Part shown: positions 23,326 to 33,925 of the stretch, in pieces
Position numbering within the stretch: the stretch's first letter is position 1
Layout of the letters: each line of letters opens with the position of its first letter
Source of the DNA: an uncultured Gemmatimonadales bacterium
Lineage (GTDB): Bacteria; Gemmatimonadota; Gemmatimonadetes; Longimicrobiales; Longimicrobiaceae
Direction of reading: 5' to 3'
Length of the DNA: 64,000 nt
NCBI GenBank assembly: GCA_963716255.1
Contig: OY970303.1
Span: forward strand, 5,632,001 to 5,696,000
Made by a program: the position numbers and the translations under genes
Notes under the pieces: model-generated
What the model saw: only the letters and a program-made list of their open reading frames with translations
The model's database searches: none
Told to the model about the DNA's origin: nothing

Positions 23326-24909
23326 CTAGAACGGCGACCGCTCCAGCTTCCGGCGAACCCGCTCCAGCCCATCCCCCTGCCAGCTCGGACGCTGCGGCGA
23401 ATCGGCGACGGCGTGGGTGAGCAGGAACACCAGCCGCGCGATGCGGGCGGTCTTGTCGGCGTCGATCTTCTCGACCTCGTCGGACTGCGCGTGGTAGTCC
23501 GGGTGGATCAGGGTGGTGAAGAAGATGGCCGGCACGTCGCGCTTGAGGAACGCGATGTGGTCGCTGCGGAAGAAGAACTCTTCGTGCGGCAGCGGGTCCG
23601 GGGCGATGGCCAGGCCCAGCGACGGGTTCGTGGCGACGATGCGGTGCGCGAGGGGGCCCATGGTGGTGTACTCCTCGCCGATGGCGACGACGCTGTCGGG
23701 GGCGTTGCGGCCCACCATGTCGATGTTGACGTTGGCGGCCACGCGCCCGATGGGAATGGTGGGGTGCTCGCCGAACCAGCGGGAGCCCACCAACCCCTTT
23801 TCCTCGCCGCTCACGGCCAGCACCACCACGGAGCGCGCGGGCCGGCGCTCCAGCCGGGAGAGGGCGCGCGCCACCTCCACGATCACGGCGGTGCCGCTGG
23901 CGTCGTCGTCGGCGCCGTTGAAGATGGAGTCGCCCTGGGCGTTGGGGGCGCCCACGCCCACGTGGTCGAAGTGGGCGCTGATGACCACGTATTCGTCGCG
24001 CAGCACGGGGTCGCTGCCGGGGAGCACGGCGACGACGTTGGGGACGGGGTGCTCGACGCGGCGGATGGGGGCGCGCAGCCGCAGGGTGCCGGGGAGCGTG
24101 ACGGGGGCGGCGGGCGGGGCCGCGAGCGCGCCGGCGGAGGCCCCGGCGGCGCGCAGCAGCGGCCCGGCGGCGGCGGCGGTGATCCCCACGGCGGGGATGG
24201 GCATCTCGAAGGAGGCCTTGCCGAGCTGGCCGGCGATGGAGGCCACGGCCTCGGCGGGGAGCGACGGGTCGAGCACGAACACGATCCCCACGGCGCCGGC
24301 GCGCCGGGCGTCGATGGGGGCCATGAGGAGGTCCATCCCCAGCTGCGGGCCCATCGTCACCACGGCTACCTTGCCGGCGAGCGCGTCGGGGATGCTGTCG
24401 CTGAGGCGCGCGACGGGGCCCACGAGCACGGCCTGTCCGGCGGCGGAGTCGGCGGCGGAGGGGACGACGAACAGGTCGCGCGCGTAGGCCAGGGCGGGGG
24501 CGCCGCGCGCGCCGGCCACCGTGATGCCGACGCGGGCGGAGTCGGGCGCCATCTTCCACAGCGGGTAGCGCTGGAGGTAGCTCCCGGCGTCGCCGGCGGG
24601 CTGGAGGCCCATGCCGCGCAGCTCGGCCGCCAGGTACTCGGCGGCGCGCTCCAGCTCGGGGCTGGGCGTGTCGCGGCCGCGCATGGCGTCGCTCGCCAGG
24701 AAGGCGATGCGATCGCGCACGGAGGCGGCGGTGATGCCGTCGGCGGCCTGGCGCAGCACGGCGCTGTCGACGCCGGCTGCCGTTGCGGCGGCGGGCGAGG
24801 CGATGGTGGAGGGCTGCGGGGCGGGGGCGGTGGTTGTAGCGGGCGGTGCGGCGCAGGCGGCCAGCAGGAGCGCGGCGGCGGCGCGGGGGAGGTGGCGTGC
24901 GGTGGTCAT
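23326..24909 (-). CDS. M28 family aminopeptidase, lipoprotein
   Basis: LLLAAC lipobox; SAHFDHVG, NGADDDASG, GEEKGLVGS, NIDMVG, RSDH, DYH. Confidence 0.93.
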   Translation of the reverse strand: MTTARHLPRAAAALLLAACAAPPATTTAPAPQPSTIASPAAATAAGVDSAVLRQAADGITAASVRDRIAFLASDAMRGRDTPSPELERAAEYLAAELRGMGLQPAGDAGSYLQRYPLWKMAPDSARVGITVAGARGAPALAYARDLFVVPSAADSAAGQAVLVGPVARLSDSIPDALAGKVAVVTMGPQLGMDLLMAPIDARRAGAVGIVFVLDPSLPAEAVASIAGQLGKASFEMPIPAVGITAAAAGPLLRAAGASAGALAAPPAAPVTLPGTLRLRAPIRRVEHPVPNVVAVLPGSDPVLRDEYVVISAHFDHVGVGAPNAQGDSIFNGADDDASGTAVIVEVARALSRLERRPARSVVVLAVSGEEKGLVGSRWFGEHPTIPIGRVAANVNIDMVGRNAPDSVVAIGEEYTTMGPLAHRIVATNPSLGLAIAPDPLPHEEFFFRSDHIAFLKRDVPAIFFTTLIHPDYHAQSDEVEKIDADKTARIARLVFLLTHAVADSPQRPSWQGDGLERVRRKLERSPF

Positions 24910-25115
24910 GGGTCCGGTTCTGGAGGTGCCGTGGAGGGACGAGGCGCGCGTGGTATGATCGGCGGGCGGGGGCGGCGCGGCAAGGAGCGGGGGACAGGAC
25001 GCGGTGGGGCGGGGCAGGGCGGAGGGGTGGATGATGCTGGCGCGGAGAGTGTAAACAGTGTATCGTTTCGACCCGGCCAATCTTCCATCCATCTTCCTCC
25101 GATAAGGACCGACTC

Positions 25116-25566
25116 ATGACCCGGCTGCACATATTTCTCGCCAGCTCGCTCCTGTGCCTCGGCGTAAGCGCATGCGGCGACGCCTCGCTCCTCGCGCCGC
25201 AGGCTCCCCGCTTCGATGGCGGCTCCACGATTGGCACCGGCCACCGGACGGAGAGCGACACAACCGCTGCCACGGAGCGCGGGATACACACTGTCGGTTC
25301 GGGAAGCCGCGTCGTCGGAATCGCCACGGAGGAGCCCACGACGGAGCGGGGTGGCTTCGGCATCGGCTCGGGCAACCGAACGGAGACCACGGACACCGCG
25401 GAGCGCGGGGGATACACTGCTGGCTCCGGGAACAGCTACCGAGAGCGCCACGACGGATATGACGGAGCGCGGCGGAGGTAGCTTTGGCTCCGGCAACAGG
25501 ACCGAGACTACGACGACCACTACCACTACTGAGCGCGGCGGGCACGGCTTCGGATCGGGCAACTAG
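25116..25566 (+). CDS. Multi-core peptide precursor 1 (6 cores), with an apparent +1 frameshift near 25437
   Basis: LGVSAC lipobox; cores GGSTIGTGH, GIHTVGSGS, GGFGIGSGN, GGYTAGSGN; then in the shifted frame GGGSFGSGN and GGHGFGSGN-stop. Confidence 0.85.
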
Positions 25567-25628
25567 GCTTCCACACTGGCGGATCAGCGGAGGCTGGTTC
25601 GCCCACTCACCCGTACAGGGACAGCCCC

Positions 25629-26096
25629 ATGAAAAAGCTGCACACCGTCCTCGTCACGTCCCTGCTGTGCCTCAGTGCTACCGCCTGCGACGACTCCTCA
25701 TTGCTCGCACCGGAAAGTCCTCGCTTCGATGGCGGCTCCACTTTCGGTAGTGGCAACCGAACGGAGACCACGAGCACCACGGAGACAACCAGCGACGGGA
25801 GTACCACGGGTCGAGGCGGCTACACTTTCGGTGGTGGGAACCGGACCGAAGGCACCACTGCCTCCATGGAGACGACCACCGGCGGGGAGGTTACCGAGCG
25901 GGGCGGACATACATACGGGTCAGGCAACCGGACCGACGTCACGACGATGACCTCCACATCTTCCGCCACGATGGCGACCGACGCCACTACAGAGCGTGGC
26001 GGCTTCACGTTCGGGTCCGGCAATCGAACTGAGTCCACGACGACTACCAGCACGACGACTGAGCGCGGGGGACACACATTCGGGTCAGGCAACTAG
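25629..26096 (+). CDS. Multi-core peptide precursor 2 (5 cores)
   Basis: LSATAC lipobox; GGSTFGSGN, GGYTFGGGN, GGHTYGSGN, GGFTFGSGN, GGHTFGSGN-stop with Thr-rich spacers. Confidence 0.9.
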   Translation: MKKLHTVLVTSLLCLSATACDDSSLLAPESPRFDGGSTFGSGNRTETTSTTETTSDGSTTGRGGYTFGGGNRTEGTTASMETTTGGEVTERGGHTYGSGNRTDVTTMTSTSSATMATDATTERGGFTFGSGNRTESTTTTSTTTERGGHTFGSGN

Positions 26097-26125
26097 GTTT
26101 TCGCGGCGGGAAATCAGCGGTGGCT

Positions 26126-26160
26126 GAAAAAGCCCCGGGTCGCACTGCCCCGGGGCTTTG
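26126..26160. terminator. Probable intrinsic terminator
   Basis: AAAGCCCCGGG-loop-CCCGGGGCTTT inverted repeat. Confidence 0.7.
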
Positions 26161-26291
26161 GGCGTCCGCACTCGATTTTGGCCTGATCCGCCCTACGAAA
26201 GTAGACAGAGTTGCTGGCGGATTGCATGCGGATGGGATAACGTTGAAGCGCGGCTCGCTTCGCCGCTTATCCCCCTCACAAGGATGGAACC

Positions 26292-26519
26292 ATGAAGATT
26301 CGGTGCACCCTGTTGGCGGCTTGCATGCTGTGCCTTGGCCTGGCTGCCTGCGGTGACTCCTCGCTCCTCACGCCGCAAGGTCCCCGCTTCGACGGCGGCT
26401 CCACCGCAGGGTCTGGCAACCGGTACTCAGACACAACAACCGCCATCTCGACAACAGAGACGACGGTCATGAGCATTCCGGCGCAGCGGGGAGGTTCCAC
26501 TGCTGGTTCTGGGAACTAA
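26292..26519 (+). CDS. Peptide precursor 3 (2 identical cores GGSTAGSGN)
   Basis: LGLAAC lipobox; same SLLxPxxPRFDGGST leader; stop overlaps the TPR gene stop. Confidence 0.88.
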   Translation: MKIRCTLLAACMLCLGLAACGDSSLLTPQGPRFDGGSTAGSGNRYSDTTTAISTTETTVMSIPAQRGGSTAGSGN

Positions 26520-27844
26520 CAGTTTACGTCCACCGTTGTAGTGCTTCGCTTTGTAGGATCGGCCCCAGGCATGAGGTTGTCTGGGGCTCTCCATTTTTTC
26601 AGGCGTACTTCGAAACGGAGGTTAATCGTCTGAAGCCGTTCGTGGTTAAGCGGATGGTCCTCGACAGGAGCCGTATCCCGGACGGCAAGCCTCTTGAGAA
26701 GGTGAAATGCAACTCGCTCCTCTCCGCCATCCTTCCTCACACGCGCGATTTCAAGCGCCTTTGAAGCGAATTGCTCAGCTTTATCCCATTCACAGAAAGC
26801 CCAAGAACCCTCCGCAAGACCGTTCAATGCCGATGGAGCGAACTCTTGGTGCCGATCGACCAATTGAAGCACCAAGTTCTCGGCATTCCTGAAAATATCT
26901 TCTTGTCGCGCTCCCGCAGCTGCACGGGCGAGGTTGCCCCACACCAAGGTTTGGAGTGTCGGGGAATGAACGCATGGTAAGGCCATCCCCAGGAGGTGCA
27001 TTGCAGGCGAGTAGAAGCGGCGCCGTATCAAGAGGAAGGCCCAATCTTGAGCTAGCAAGGGTATCCGCGGGTGGCGAATCGGATAATAATCAAGTGCTTT
27101 TCGAGCGTGCCTCTCGCCAATCCTGAACTCACCAACTTCTGCAGCAATGCTCAGCAGGTCGTGGTGCGCCTCTCCCGCCTGTCGCTTCCTGCCGGTGTAG
27201 ATTGCTCGCCGCGCCGCCCTCTCCAAAAATTTCCTTCCCTCCTCGTGCTGCCCTAAGTCTTTCATCAGGTTGCCGTAGCCGATCTGCGCCCGGATGACTT
27301 CTTCCGGAGTGTCGAACCGCGCCCCCAGCCCGTAGCCGCGGTGGTACCAGCTCGACGCCCGCTCGTCCTTCGCCGCCCTGCGGCACATTCGCCCCGCGTC
27401 GTTGGCCCACGCCGGATCGTCCGGGTCCGCGAACGCCGCCGCCTCCGCGAACAGCATCGCCACCTCGATCAGCGACCGCTCCTCCGCCCACTCGTGCACC
27501 TGGTGGCACGCCTCCGCGAGCTGCCGCGCCTCCACCCGCCCCGGCGCCCGCACGAGAACGGAGAACGTCCCGAACGCCTCCACCAATCCCGGCGCCAGCC
27601 CGCACGCCGCCCCCAGCCGCTCGCACGCCTCCTTCCTGTTGATCGCAAAGAGCCCCGCGCGCCCCTCCGGCGGCGTCTCCGCCCACGCGCGCACCTTGCG
27701 CAGCACGCGCCAGAAGGCGACCGCCAGCTCCGGGCCCGCCTCCTCCAGCGACGCCATCTCCCGCGTCCAGTCGAGGATGGGCGGCGGAGGCGTGATGGTG
27801 CGCAGGCGCCCGGGGCGCGGAGCGAGGGAGATGGCGTGACTCAT
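26516..27844 (-). CDS. TPR-like protein, paralog 2 (putative receptor of the adjacent peptides)
   Basis: TPR-like repeats (AQIGYGNLMKDLGQHEEGRKFLERA); WAETPPEGRAGLF, HPRIPLLAQDWA. Confidence 0.85.
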   Translation of the reverse strand: MSHAISLAPRPGRLRTITPPPPILDWTREMASLEEAGPELAVAFWRVLRKVRAWAETPPEGRAGLFAINRKEACERLGAACGLAPGLVEAFGTFSVLVRAPGRVEARQLAEACHQVHEWAEERSLIEVAMLFAEAAAFADPDDPAWANDAGRMCRRAAKDERASSWYHRGYGLGARFDTPEEVIRAQIGYGNLMKDLGQHEEGRKFLERAARRAIYTGRKRQAGEAHHDLLSIAAEVGEFRIGERHARKALDYYPIRHPRIPLLAQDWAFLLIRRRFYSPAMHLLGMALPCVHSPTLQTLVWGNLARAAAGARQEDIFRNAENLVLQLVDRHQEFAPSALNGLAEGSWAFCEWDKAEQFASKALEIARVRKDGGEERVAFHLLKRLAVRDTAPVEDHPLNHERLQTINLRFEVRLKKWRAPDNLMPGADPTKRSTTTVDVNC

Positions 27845-27996
27845 TGTGTCATGACGGATGGAGTGGCGGGCCGCACCCTAGCCGACAGATTAACGGGAAG
27901 CCGCCTCCGACGCCATATTTTGCACCGGCGCGCACCGCTCCGAACGGGAACCTTTCCGTATCACACCCCGGAGTCAAAGGGCAAACTCGCCACAGC

Positions 27997-29265
27997 TCAC
28001 TCGCCGCAGCGGGGCCCGTGCGGCGTCCCGATCCACTGCATCCCGCCTCCTCGCCCCCAGACGTCCTCCAGGAACGCCTCCGCCTCCGCCTGCGCGTCCG
28101 CCTCGCCGACGGCGATCGCCGCTTCCAGCGCCCGCTGCCCCGCGTACTCCGCCATCGCCCACCGCTCCGCCGCGGCCGCCGCCCTGCCCAGCGCCAGCAG
28201 GACCGCCGCGCGCCCGCCGGTCCGAGGCGCGTGCCGCCCCAGGAGCTCCCAGGCGCGCGTCCACGCCCGGTCGAACTCCTCCGTCGCGCCCGCCTCCGCC
28301 GCCTCCTGCGCCACCACCGCCAGCAGCCGCGCCCGCTCCGGCCCCGGCCCGCGGAAGGGAAGCGCTTCCCCCGGCCCGCCGAGCACCGAGGCGCCCAGGT
28401 CGCGCGTCCTGCGGAAGCGGATCCAGTCGCGCAGCAGCTCCGGCGCGCGCGGGTGCGCCGACCCGTAGCGCAGCAGCGCGCCGCGCGCCAGCGCGTCCGC
28501 GTCGTCCGTGGTGGCGCCCGTGCGCGCCAGGTCGAACAGCCCGTGCATGGCCGCCGCCATCTCCCGCACCAGCCCGCTCCGCCGCGCCCGCCCCACCGCC
28601 GACAGGTAGAAGCGTCGCGCCTGCACCGCCTGGCGCCGCCCCGCGTAGATGCGCCCCAGCCCCAGGCACGCCCTCGTGGCCGCGGGGTTCGCCTCCGCCC
28701 GGCGCGCCAGCACCAGGGCGCGCCGCAGCCAGCTTTCCGCGCGCGCTCCGTCGCCGCGGCGCAGCGCCAGCGTCCCCACCTCCAGCGCCGCGGCGGGGTC
28801 GTCCGGCGTGGCCAGCGCCGCCGCCTGCGCGAAGGCCAGCCCCGTCGCCGGGGCGCCGCGCTCCGTCGCCCACGCCGAGATCCCCAGGCATGCAGCGGCC
28901 ACCGCAGCCGGGTCCGCGCCACCCGGGTCGCGCAGGAGCAGCGCCGCCAGCGACAGCAGCGCGACCGCCGGCCCGGGCTCCACCCCCGCGCGGCCGAGCG
29001 CCGCCAGCCGCCGCGGCAGCGCCCCCGCCGCGAAGACGCGGGCGCGGTCCCGCGGCGGTGTGGCCGCCCACAGGTGCACGTCGTGCAGCGCCAGCCATAG
29101 CGCCGCGCCGGCCGGGCCGCGGAAGTCGTCCAGCAGCTCCGCGCCGGGGAGCGTTTCCCCCGGGGCGTGCAGCAGCGCCGGCGGGGGCGGGGAAAGGCGC
29201 CCCGGCCGCAGCGTCGCGCGGGTGCGCCGCGAGCGCCCGGAGGGGTGGGTGGGTGTGGCGGCCAT
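27997..29265 (-). CDS. TPR-like protein, paralog 3 (no adjacent peptide gene)
   Basis: LWLALHDVHLWAATPPRDRARVF, LAFAQAAALA, ARAESWLRRA, HPRAPELLRDW. Confidence 0.82.
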   Translation of the reverse strand: MAATPTHPSGRSRRTRATLRPGRLSPPPPALLHAPGETLPGAELLDDFRGPAGAALWLALHDVHLWAATPPRDRARVFAAGALPRRLAALGRAGVEPGPAVALLSLAALLLRDPGGADPAAVAAACLGISAWATERGAPATGLAFAQAAALATPDDPAAALEVGTLALRRGDGARAESWLRRALVLARRAEANPAATRACLGLGRIYAGRRQAVQARRFYLSAVGRARRSGLVREMAAAMHGLFDLARTGATTDDADALARGALLRYGSAHPRAPELLRDWIRFRRTRDLGASVLGGPGEALPFRGPGPERARLLAVVAQEAAEAGATEEFDRAWTRAWELLGRHAPRTGGRAAVLLALGRAAAAAERWAMAEYAGQRALEAAIAVGEADAQAEAEAFLEDVWGRGGGMQWIGTPHGPRCGE

Positions 29266-29537
29266 GGGTCCTTGCGGGCGGGTTTTGCGTGCGCATTCCT
29301 GCACGACACGCTAACCTCCGGAAGCCCCTGCCGACCCGGGGACTTCTGTCGGGTTGCGAGTCCGATTGTGGACAGAGTGGACATGTCGCGGAAGCCAACT
29401 GGTCCGGGGTGTCGGCGGCTTTTATGCGCACCCGGGCGCGGCGCCGGACCGTGTCGCCGGACATCGCGCCCGGTACACCTTGTGCAGGGCCGCGCCCCCT
29501 CGCGACCGCGCCACGCCACGCACGACGAGAGGCAGCC

Positions 29538-30416
29538 ATGCTGGACCGCAACCCCTTCAAGGGTCCCACGCCCGATCCCGATGTCCCCGAGCAGGACACG
29601 CCGGGCGTCGAGGCTGCGATGAAGCCCCGCGCCGACCACGGCGAGCACAGCTACGAGGGGAGCGGCCGGCTGGAAGGGCTGTCCGCGATCGTCACGGGGG
29701 GCGACAGCGGCATCGGGCGCGCGGTGGCCATCGCCTTCGCGCGGGAGGGGGCGGACGTCGCCATCGGCTACCTGTCGGAGGAGGAGGACGCCGACGCGCA
29801 GGAGACCCGGAAGTGGGTGGAGAAGGCCGGCCGCCGCTGCATCGTCCACCGCTTCGACGTGCGCGAGTCCGCCGAGTGCAAAGCGTTCGTGGAAAGGGTG
29901 GTGAAGGAGTTCGGCAAGCTGGACGTGCTGGTGAACAACGCCGCCTACCAGATGTCGCAGGAGGGGCTGGAGGACGTCACCGACGAGCAGATCGAGCGGA
30001 CCTTCCGCACCAACATCTTCGGGTACATGTACATGGCCCGGGCCGCGCTGCCGCACCTCAGGGAGGGCTCCGTCATCCTCAACACCGGCTCCGTGGTGGC
30101 GCTCCAGGGCAACCCCATGCTGCTGGACTACGCCGCCACCAAGGGCGCCATCCACGTGTTCAGCATGTCGCTGGCGGACGCCCTCTCGGACCGCGGCATC
30201 CGCGTCAACGTGGTCGCGCCGGGGCCGGTGTGGACGCCGCTCATCCCCAGCACCATGCCCCCGGAGCACGTCAAGAATTTCGGCGAGGACACCTTCTGGA
30301 AGCGCCCCGCGCAGCCGGTGGAGCTCGCCGGCGGCTACGTGTACCTCGCCTCGGCAGACGCGCGCTACGTTTCCGGCGAGGTGCTGGCGATCACCGGCAA
30401 GACCAGCACGCGCTGA
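29538..30416 (+). CDS. SDR oxidoreductase (YhxD/YghA-like)
   Basis: TGGDSGIG, LVNNAA, YAATK, VAPGPVWTP. Confidence 0.93.
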   Translation: MLDRNPFKGPTPDPDVPEQDTPGVEAAMKPRADHGEHSYEGSGRLEGLSAIVTGGDSGIGRAVAIAFAREGADVAIGYLSEEEDADAQETRKWVEKAGRRCIVHRFDVRESAECKAFVERVVKEFGKLDVLVNNAAYQMSQEGLEDVTDEQIERTFRTNIFGYMYMARAALPHLREGSVILNTGSVVALQGNPMLLDYAATKGAIHVFSMSLADALSDRGIRVNVVAPGPVWTPLIPSTMPPEHVKNFGEDTFWKRPAQPVELAGGYVYLASADARYVSGEVLAITGKTSTR

Positions 30417-30430
30417 CGGGGGACGCGCAC

Positions 30431-31405
30431 GTGGCACGCATCGGCTACCACTGCTCCCACGAGCAGTACTCCCCGCGCGACCTGCTCCGCTACGTGCGGC
30501 TGGCGGAGCAGGCGGGGTTCGGGAGCGCCATGTGCTCCGACCACTTCCACCCGTGGACGCCGCAGCAGGGGCACTCCGGCTTCGCCTGGTCGTGGCTGGG
30601 CGCGGCGCTCCAGGCCACCTCCCTGCCGTTCGGGGTGGTGACGGTGCCGGGCGGGTGGCGCTACCACCCGGCCATCGTCGCGCAGGCCGCCGCCACGCTG
30701 GCGCAGATGTTCCCCGGGCGCTTCTGGATCGCGCCGGGGAGCGGCGAGGCGCTCAACGAGCACGTCGTGGGGCGCCACTGGCCGGACAAGGGGGAGCGCA
30801 ACGCACGGCTCCGCGAGGCGTGCGACATCATCCGCGCCCTGTGGGCCGGGGAAACCGTGACCCGGCACGACCTGATCCCCACGGAGGACGCGAAGCTGTA
30901 CACGCTCCCCCCGGAGCCCCCGCTGATCGTGGGCGCCGCGCTCTCGCCCGAGACGGCGCGCTGGATGGGCGGGTGGGCCGACGGGCTGATCACCGTGGTG
31001 GGAGAGCGCGAGTCCATGCAGCGGATCGTGGATGCCTTCCGCGAGGGAGGCGGGGAGGGGAAGCCGCTCTTTTTGCAGGCGCAGCTCGCCTGGGCGCCGG
31101 ACGAGGCGACCGCGCTGGACGAGGCGCACGAGCAGTGGGGAGCGGTGCAGTTCCCCAGCGCGGTGCTGGCGGCGCTGCGCATGCCCGAGGACTTCGCGGC
31201 GGCCGGCGAGTACGCGCGCAGGGAGGACATCCGCGGCAAGGTGCGCGTGTCGGCCGACCCGGAGCGGCACCTGGAGTGGCTGCTGGGCGACGTGGAGATG
31301 GGGTTCGAGGAGATCAACCTGCACGGCATTCCGCGGAGCACGCAGGAAAGGTTCATCGAGATCTTCGGCGAGCGCGTGCTCCCGGAGCTGGCGAAGGCGG
31401 GGTGA
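30431..31405 (+). CDS. LLM-class (luciferase-like) oxidoreductase
   Basis: GTG start; GYHCSHEQ, SDHFHPW, FAWSWLGA, GSGEALNEH. Confidence 0.9.
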   Translation: MARIGYHCSHEQYSPRDLLRYVRLAEQAGFGSAMCSDHFHPWTPQQGHSGFAWSWLGAALQATSLPFGVVTVPGGWRYHPAIVAQAAATLAQMFPGRFWIAPGSGEALNEHVVGRHWPDKGERNARLREACDIIRALWAGETVTRHDLIPTEDAKLYTLPPEPPLIVGAALSPETARWMGGWADGLITVVGERESMQRIVDAFREGGGEGKPLFLQAQLAWAPDEATALDEAHEQWGAVQFPSAVLAALRMPEDFAAAGEYARREDIRGKVRVSADPERHLEWLLGDVEMGFEEINLHGIPRSTQERFIEIFGERVLPELAKAG

Positions 31406-31428
31406 CCCGCACCGGTGGAGGCGGCCCT

Positions 31429-33129
<1,701 letters not shown>

Positions 33130-33134
33130 GATCC

Positions 33135-33731
33135 ATGAATCGTATCCGGCTCGCCGCGCCGCTCGTCGCGCTGCTGCTTTCCGGGGCGTGCGCCGGGGTC
33201 TCGCCGGTGCCGCCCCCGGCGGTCCCCGCGCCCGTGCCGCCGTCCGCGCCCGCGCCGCCGCCTCCAGCGCCCGTGGAGCCACCTCCGCGGGCGCCCTGGG
33301 TGGGGCCGCCGCTCCCGGCGGCGAGCGTCCCGGCCGTGTACGCCGCGGAGTGGCGCAAGGCGGACAACCGCGCCACCTGCGCCCCGGTCGCCCCGGCCTC
33401 GACCGATCCGTACGCAGCCGCACGCCCGCGCGCGGCGACCTTTTCCGGCGGGTGGGCGGTCGCCTACGACCTGCCGGAGCGGCGCAGCGCCTTCGGGATC
33501 GCGGGGGCCGGCGTGAGCGCGGCGGGCCCGACGTATTCCGGCTGGCCACACCGCATCCGCTGGTCGGACGGGAGCGTGGCGGAATACGGCCCGGAGGGCG
33601 GCACCGGCCCCAACCAGCTCGCCTACCTGCGCATCTCCGGCCAGGACTGCCTTTACAACGTGTGGTCGGCGCTGGGGCGCGAGCACCTGGAGCAGCTGCT
33701 CGCCCAGCTTCGCTTCGTGCGCGTGCCGTAG
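33135..33731 (+). CDS. Pro-rich lipoprotein, unknown function
   Basis: LLLSGAC lipobox, Pro linker, globular C-terminus. Confidence 0.75.
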   Translation: MNRIRLAAPLVALLLSGACAGVSPVPPPAVPAPVPPSAPAPPPPAPVEPPPRAPWVGPPLPAASVPAVYAAEWRKADNRATCAPVAPASTDPYAAARPRAATFSGGWAVAYDLPERRSAFGIAGAGVSAAGPTYSGWPHRIRWSDGSVAEYGPEGGTGPNQLAYLRISGQDCLYNVWSALGREHLEQLLAQLRFVRVP

Positions 33732-33770
33732 TGAGGGCAGTTTTTTTGTAGTACCCACAAAATGATGTAC

Positions 33771-33895
33771 GGAGGGAGACTCGCAGCAGTACCGCGAGGC
33801 TCCTTCCGGCGAGGTGAGACAGCCGGGCAGTTTCGGCTGGCTCGCCGAGCCCGCGGAGGAGACCGGGCTGTTTCCGCCGGGCTCCGTAGCGGCCC
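33771..33895. repeat. Repeat family B, copy 2
   Basis: GGAGGGAGACTCGC...GGCTCCGTAGCGGCCC. Confidence 0.8.
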
Positions 33896-33925
33896 GCCAC
33901 GACAGAAACACCTTCCACCGACGAC

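Noticed and set aside
25200..26096. CRISPR-like repeat-spacer appearance of the GAGCGCGG...GGCAAC repeats
   Set aside because: The repeats are conserved at protein level with synonymous variation, spacer lengths are irregular, and there are no cas genes
25116..26519. Classical RiPP cluster, ice-nucleation or curli-type protein
   Set aside because: No modifying enzymes or transporter are adjacent, and the irregular spacers do not fit a beta-solenoid; a trans-modified RiPP cannot be fully excluded
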